DNA of 63,849 nt, the filler included, from Octopus bimaculoides (lineage: Eukaryota): NCBI RefSeq assembly GCF_001194135.2. It is 6 parts of 6 records of this genome, joined end to end, with 100 filler letters (N's around TTAATTAATTAA, not from the genome) between each part and the next. Parts side by side here need not be neighbours in the genome. Positions count along the whole stretch, not along the records: positions 53,618 to 61,366 come from NC_068988.1; positions 61,467 to 63,849 come from NW_026394221.1; 4 more parts are not named here. One strand, 5' to 3'. Below the pieces are notes generated by a model that ran no database searches, was not told where the DNA came from, and saw only the letters and a program-made list of their open reading frames with translations. Made by a program: the position numbers and the translations under genes. Shown here one piece after another: positions 56,859 through 63,849 of this stretch (position 1 is its first letter; each line of letters opens with the position of its first letter).

Positions 56859-59524
56859 GTAAGTGTTCTGTTATTTAACTCTTTGTCTGTCTAAAGCATT
56901 TGCATGAGCTTGTCCTAAACATTCATGCTTGCTTTCAGATATTTAACCCTTGTTTCATACGTTCTGAATAATATAAAGCTTTTTACTCTTGAACTTGCAG
57001 TAAAAAAAAAAAAATGAATATGTATTATCTCTGATGCATGGTGCGCATATGGCTTCATAATTAGGGTGATGCACCCATGATCGTAAGACTGTGGTTTCGA
57101 TTCTTGAATCGGGTGATGTGTTGTGTTTTTGAGTAAAAAACTTCATTTTACATTGCTCCAGTCCATTCAACTGGTTACGATGAATAATTATGTGACAAAC
57201 CGGCGTCCCGTGCAGGGAGGAATATATATACGCTACAGGAAACCAGCCATAGGCTCCTTAAGGAGTAACGTGTACTAACTAACCATATATAATGTATGGA
57301 CATCAAGAAATATATTCCGTCTATCACATGTGATATGTAGGGCAGGAAAAAGTTTAATAGTTGCTGATACTGTTGTTTTTAATCAAAATCTTTGTGGTGT
57401 TGAATTTGCGTTCAATTCTTCCGGGGGTTGGTAAAATGGTTATCGGCTGTGCATTGGTTTCGATGTAGTGAACTGTGTCCATGGCCCTCAAAATTAATCT
57501 GCTTTTATATTATAAACCATAGTCGAAGTGCAGGCAGTGGGAGACTCGGTGGAGTGGCGCTAGTATGTTGTGTATAAATGCGGTCTTCACAATCTAGATT
57601 ACCGGATCAGTTTTAGTAAGAAGAAAGAAAAAAAGTGCGACTGTTATAAAGCAACCAAGAACGAAAATTTTGCTAGTAAATTCAATATCTATGAATATAT
57701 TTCTGTATAATACATTCTCTCTCTTCCCTTCTCTTTCTCACCTTTTCTATTTCTCTCTTCCTCTTTCTCTCTCTCTCCTTGCCCCTCTTTCTCCCTCTCT
57801 CTCTCTCCTCCTGAAGGCATCTCATCAAAGCATCTGAATTAGATGCCTTGATGGGGTTAATTAGCGAGCATTCATATCGCAGTACAACTCATCGTTTCCC
57901 CACTGTTTTGTGGAATGTATACAAGCCAACGAGGGAGCCTCTACGTGGTCAGCCAGCCTGCTAGAAATGGCAGACAACTCCCCTTTAAATCACACTCTAC
58001 CACTTTAAAAGAAAATCACTATATTCCTAGATGTCCATAAAAGACACGATGGATGTAGCTGAAATGCTGTCAATCACATGACTGATTAACCAATGTTTGT
58101 CTGGGGTTAAGCAAGAATAACAATATCTATTATCTCCATAATGTATAAGTAATTATACACAAACGAGACAACACTTATTGTCATTGTTTAACATCTAGTC
58201 GCAGCAGCTCGTTCCTTAAGGGACATAAGAAAACCGTAGGCTAGAATTATGTCCCTTGAGATTCATTATATTTTTTTTCTTTCATAGAAAATTTGAGGGA
58301 GACAACTCTGAGTCCGTATCTTGCCAGGAGCGTTACGTACATGAATACGTCAACTTAGGTTTGGAATTAGTTCCAAAATAAGGGATTTAACATGAAAATG
58401 ATGTAACAGAATAAAAGTCATAAAAAAAAACATATTAGCTTATATCTGTTTTAAATAACGGTTTGTACATAGTTTCACAAGTATTTCATTTGAGTTTCCG
58501 CTTCAATAGTAGATTTTATGAGACCGACGTAAAATCAGATAAAACGACTGAAGCTGAGGTTTACTTAAAAAAAAAAGCCCAACGTAAATTCGAAAAACAT
58601 ATGACTCGAAACGACTTAAGTTGAGGTATATTTAACATTTACCGTGGACTCCTGTAGGGCACAAATTACTGAGCGGTTAAGGCATTATTTGGACTAGTAG
58701 GCAACAGTGTCTCGAGCCTCGGAATGCCTAAATCAGTGATTGATTGGTTTGGAATCTGTTACAAGTTCCGATCAAGATGGTTCTGGATTATACCTCACTG
58801 TCCGCAAGATTTTGGACAATGTATGTATGTATGTATGTATGTATGTATGTATGTATGTGTGTGTGTATGTGTGTGTGTGTATGCACTCAAAGCCTGGGTG
58901 CTGCACTCAGGAGCGTAAGTTTGTGGTTTCAATTTCCGACCAGAGCGGTGCGCTTTATGTTTGAGCAAAACAATTCATTTACCATTGCTCCAGACCACCC
59001 CGCGCCAAACTGGTCGCGGTAATTTTTATGCTATGGAAACCGGGTAGCTAGTCTTAGGACTCAGGAGAATATATATATAATATATATATAACTGAAAAAA
59101 TTGGTGTCAACAAGAAGGAGTACGGTTGATATTTATTTTTTAATCACTGCAATTGTTTCCTCGCGACGTAGTTCTCCAGGTGTGCAGGTACTTGATTATG
59201 CAACCGCTTCCCTGCATTATGTGATATGCAAATATTGTCTCCATAAGTTCAAATTCTCGGCTTCAAGAACATCATCTCTGTCTGTCGTGGCCTGAATTTA
59301 GTAGCAGTCACTGAGTTCATCAGGGTATGTTGTTGCTGAAGGAGCGTTGGCAAACTGCTTTGAATGTGTAGATGTAGTGTGAATGTGATTCCGCTATTGT
59401 TAAAATGTTTGCCGTTTAAAAGGGATTGGTATTTGATTTCTTTGTTCTGTTGATTTGTTCTTCATGGCTGGTTACACATGCGATTATCCTTAGCCAACCC
59501 TTAAAATACGTACACATACATATT

Positions 59525-60466
59525 GGTTTTAAATAATTTGTGTAGTTTTTTTTCTGTATCTCTCTATTTCTACCTTAGTACAATTATCTATTATGAAAAG
59601 GACATCATCTCTGTATAGACACCCCGCTATTTGTGGAAACTAGGATTTGATGCGAAATAAGATGCAAATTCCTACGATATCTGTGACCTGAGCTGAGTCG
59701 CTCGAACCCATTGGTGTATCGAACGAATTCGTTCTATCTGATCTCGACCACAGTTTGTTGTCATAATTAATAACGGTTTGTCGTGTTGTTAATATTATGT
59801 CAGCATCTGACTTAGATAAGCTAGAATTTTTCATTGCAAATACAAGTGCTTTATTGAGTATTGTAGGATTAATTGTGGAGTAGTAATCTATATATTATTG
59901 TATAAATTTGGAGATTTTTGCTTTTTCTATTTTCTTAAACCATCCTATTTCCTCCTGACCATATGGAAAGTCCAATCTTAGTTTTGAGTTCGGGCATTAT
60001 TTTATCTATGATGTTTTTGCTTATACGTCCTATGTCCGATTTCAATGGACATATTTGTCTGACTTTAGGGCCGCTATCAATGTTATTTTTGTGGTCTTTG
60101 AGGTTTATTCTAGGTTTTCTTGAGACATATGGTTCCGTCGTATCGCCATCTCTAGTCTTTTTACTATTTCAAATCCTTTGTTGTTTATATTAGTTAAGGT
60201 GTTGTTTGGTGTATGTTTGTATTTACTAAGTATTTCTTTTCTAATTAAATTATTACATAGTGTGTTATATACAATATAAAAGTTACCGGTTTTCTCCGCA
60301 GGTACTAGTATTTCGTTTGCGTTTTTAAAAACCTCCAGTATTTTTTTCAATTTCTGTTGGTGTTCGTTGTTCCTTCTTGGGTATTTCCTGAATTCGACGT
60401 TCTTTATTATTTTGTATAGTTCTTCTTCGAATTGCGTCAAGTGTTGATTTGTTGGTGGGTTTGTCA
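59525..60466 (-). mobile_element. Penelope-like element RT fragment (N-terminal RT to YRDD; Hydra-clade-like)
   Basis: LTQFEEELYKIIKNVEFR, LVPAEKTGNFY, FDTPMGSSDSAQVTDIVG, GCLYRDDVL...ERYRKKLHKLFK; stops and frameshifts. Confidence 0.85.
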
Positions 60467-61300
60467 GGGTGTTCCAGCAACTCTAAACCCAATTTCTCTA
60501 TGGTTTCAGTGGTATGGACATCCGTATATGGGTGTGCATTGTCGTGCAACAATAACGTATGATTTAACAATAAGCCTAGGCGTTTAGTGCGGATTGCCGG
60601 TTTCGTGCGTTGGCCAGCATTGCACTGTAGCCTACAACTTTTCCAGATAACGTTCCAATATAAATCCCTTTTGCATTTCCAAAAACGGTTAGCATTACTT
60701 TTTCTGCGGAAGGTTGAGTCTTGAATTTCTTTTTCGCTGGAGATTCCAGGTGTTTCCACTCCATGCTCTATCATTTGGACTATAGCGTAAAGGGAGGGAC
60801 CCAGATCTCATCATTTGTGACTACTCTCTCCAAAAGAAAGCACCAGCTCCATTGTTGCAGCAGTTCAGTAAGCGTTGACAGATCTCCACACACGATTACG
60901 CTTATGCACTTCGGTAAACTCTCTTGGCATCCATCTTGGACACACTTAACAGAAGCGGAGCTTGTGCTGGATAATTTCTTATACAAAAACTACATTAATT
61001 TGGAGAGAACATGGCACCTAATCGGTGGTCATTCGTCGGCTCGCTAGATTCATCTGTAGGGCTTTTGAATATTCGTGTCAGTAGTGGCGGTTGATGGGTG
61101 TCCTGCTCCCTCTTCGTGCTTCACGCTTGTCCGGCCATTTTAAAACTTCTCGATTCAATTGTAGACATTTCTACGCGCTGTCACCGTTTTGTACTGAAAG
61201 CATGCGATAAATTTCAACCCCTGATACACCTTAAGAGAAATCGGATCTCTGATCCCTGTTTTTTCTAGGTGCACACTGCCAGCGACCGTGTTTAATCTGT
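60467..61300 (-). mobile_element. Mariner transposase fossil truncated at (E)HP
   Basis: VVTNDEIWV, MEWKHLESPAKKKFKTQPSAEKVMLTVF, LLLHDNAHPYT...LGLELLEHP. Confidence 0.85.
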
Positions 61301-61366
61301 AAAAGGAAATATGGAGCGGTCAAAGTCAAATCTCGGTTATGTAACCACAAGAATACTACCCTTTAG

Positions 61367-61466
61367 NNNNNNNNNNNNNNNNNNNNNNNNNNNNNNNNNN
61401 NNNNNNNNNNTTAATTAATTAANNNNNNNNNNNNNNNNNNNNNNNNNNNNNNNNNNNNNNNNNNNN
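61367..61466. other. Artificial scaffold linker 44N-TTAATTAATTAA-44N
   Basis: Exact 100-bp construct. Confidence 0.95.
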
Positions 61467-61794
61467 ACGGACGAAAGAACAAACAAACGAACGAACGAAT
61501 GAATGTACGTACGTACGTTCGTTCATTCGTTCGATCTTTCGTACGTACTTACGTACGTTCGTTTCTTCGATCGTTCGTTCATTCGTTCTTTCGTTCGTAC
61601 CTACGTACACACTTACGTTCGTTCGTTCCTTCATTTGTTCTGTCTTTTGTTTGTTCGATCGTTAGTTCGTTCGTACTTACGTGCGAACGTACGTTCGTTC
61701 GTTCTTTCGTAGGTGCTTGCGAACGTACATCCGTACGTACGTTCGTTCGTTCATTTGTAGGTAAGTACGTTCGTTCGGTCATTCGTACGTACGT
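61467..61794. repeat. CpG-rich degenerate tetranucleotide array (ACGA/TTCG/GTAC)n
   Basis: Directly visible; the strand sense flips near 61505. Confidence 0.9.
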
Positions 61795-62271
61795 ACAAGA
61801 GAAATTGGTTTTAATTTTAAACTTTGTTCCTCGTTTGAAGGTAAATTCAGAGCCTTCAAGTAGGTAGGGGCAGGTACCACAATTATATATATGTATGTGT
61901 GTATTTGAAAACATTATTAACCAATTCCAAACTACATACACCACTTCCACCCCCATCAGTTAAAAAATGTGCACGCCCTAATTGTGGTACCCTAATTAAA
62001 ACCAATTTCTCTTGTTCCTCTGGTAACCTCATTTATGTCCTCACTTGCGCAGGTTGCCAAAACTTCTATATCGGACAGACGAGCCTCCCATTGCGTAGAA
62101 GAGTAGCTGTCCATAAGGAACAAATAAACCTCCCTCAATACCGCCAAATTCCACTCAGTGGCCACATAGACTCTTGCGCCAGAAACAAAAACCCTAAATT
62201 CATTATATTCCCTTTCTATCAATGTAAAGACAGAATCTCCACACAAGAAAGAATCAACAAGGAGAATCTTT
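61795..62271 (+). mobile_element. Penelope-like GIY-YIG endonuclease fragment (Neptune-like) with an upstream inverted piece
   Basis: LKTLLTNSKL...KKCARPNCGT..IKTNFSCSSGNLIYVLTCAGCQNFYIGQT...LRRRVAVH (61904-62271). Minus-strand piece NCGTCPYLLEGSEFTFKRGTKFKIKTNFSC at 61795-61885. Confidence 0.88.
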
Positions 62272-63104
62272 NNNNNNNNNNNNNNNNNNNNNNNNNNNNN
62301 NNNNNNNNNNNNNNNNNNNNNNNNNNNNNNNNNNNNNNNNNNNNNNNNNNNNNNNNNNNNNNNNNNNNNNNNNNNNNNNNNNNNNNNNNNNNNNNNNNNN
62401 NNNNNNNNNNNNNNNNNNNNNNNNNNNNNNNNNNNNNNNNNNNNNNNNNNNNNNNNNNNNNNNNNNNNNNNNNNNNNNNNNNNNNNNNNNNNNNNNNNNN
62501 NNNNNNNNNNNNNNNNNNNNNNNNNNNNNNNNNNNNNNNNNNNNNNNNNNNNNNNNNNNNNNNNNNNNNNNNNNNNNNNNNNNNNNNNNNNNNNNNNNNN
62601 NNNNNNNNNNNNNNNNNNNNNNNNNNNNNNNNNNNNNNNNNNNNNNNNNNNNNNNNNNNNNNNNNNNNNNNNNNNNNNNNNNNNNNNNNNNNNNNNNNNN
62701 NNNNNNNNNNNNNNNNNNNNNNNNNNNNNNNNNNNNNNNNNNNNNNNNNNNNNNNNNNNNNNNNNNNNNNNNNNNNNNNNNNNNNNNNNNNNNNNNNNNN
62801 NNNNNNNNNNNNNNNNNNNNNNNNNNNNNNNNNNNNNNNNNNNNNNNNNNNNNNNNNNNNNNNNNNNNNNNNNNNNNNNNNNNNNNNNNNNNNNNNNNNN
62901 NNNNNNNNNNNNNNNNNNNNNNNNNNNNNNNNNNNNNNNNNNNNNNNNNNNNNNNNNNNNNNNNNNNNNNNNNNNNNNNNNNNNNNNNNNNNNNNNNNNN
63001 NNNNNNNNNNNNNNNNNNNNNNNNNNNNNNNNNNNNNNNNNNNNNNNNNNNNNNNNNNNNNNNNNNNNNNNNNNNNNNNNNNNNNNNNNNNNNNNNNNNN
63101 NNNN

Positions 63105-63105
<1 letters not shown>

Positions 63106-63145
<40 letters not shown>

Positions 63146-63570
63146 ATATGTATATTTATACATATATATATATATATAATACATAGACAGAGCCTGAAAG
63201 ATTGCTTTAAGTTAGATAACATATTTTATAAATATGCCTATTCAAGTATCATGAAAGCATGAAACTATTAGTATCTCCTTCGGTTCTATATTCAATTTGA
63301 TACATAACACACGCGCACACGAGCGCGCACACGCACACACTCACACACACCACGCACACACAAGTGTGTGTGAATATATATATGCATCTGCACAGCAGAC
63401 ATTGCACGCCCAGTCAACCAGTCAGTCACATGAATCAGAAAGTAAACTTGTACAAATAAATGATTATCTTTATCGATAATATAAACATACATATGTACTT
63501 ATAGTCACCATTCACCATATATACCTTTATATAAATATATATACACACATACATATATACATACACAGAT

Positions 63571-63625
<55 letters not shown>

Positions 63626-63691
63626 NNNNNNNNNNATATATATATATATATAGATATCTGTGTATGTATATATGTATGTGTGAGTGCGTGT

Positions 63692-63731
<40 letters not shown>

Positions 63732-63830
63732 ACACGCACTCGCATATATATACACACACGCACACATATATAAGTATGTAATGCGTATGTTCATATATCC
63801 ATTACAACAACAACACACACACACACACAG
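63106..63830. repeat. (TA)n/(CA)n/(TG)n microsatellite-rich tract
   Basis: Directly visible. Confidence 0.9.
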
Positions 63831-63849
63831 TATCTTCAGATGTCAGCCA

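Overview
Eukaryotic (animal) draft-assembly DNA, not prokaryotic. It is about 64 kb, AT-rich and dense in microsatellites and tRNA-derived SINEs, with many N gaps. The repeat landscape best fits an octopus/coleoid cephalopod (inference). Five artificial 44N-TTAATTAATTAA-44N linkers cut the window into six blocks whose order is not proven by sequence. Host coding content: (i) an uninterrupted 1673-codon minus-strand ORF (23077-28098) encoding an unrecognised Pro/Glu/Tyr-rich tandem-repeat protein; (ii) six phase-compatible plus-strand exons of CCDC180 (36766-49995), plus a possible seventh; (iii) three plus-strand exons of a flavin monoamine oxidase (MAO-like) gene (53973-56858). The rest is mostly transposon fossils: Penelope-like elements of at least two lineages, RLE-type (R4/Dong-like) LINE 3' ends, Tc1/mariner, Tigger/pogo, a Helitron, hAT-like MITEs and several SINE families. 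Best leads: the orphan repeat protein; two independent copies of a DINE-1/HINE-like Helentron element carrying a Gypsy integrase fragment; a short (TA)n-flanked family with a minimal hammerhead-ribozyme-like fold; two near-spacerless ~300-400 bp palindromes; a tRNA-head/Penelope in-frame chimera; and a Penelope endonuclease whose deleted segment sits inverted just upstream. All homology calls are from motif recognition by eye; no database search was run, and TE/SINE boundaries are approximate.
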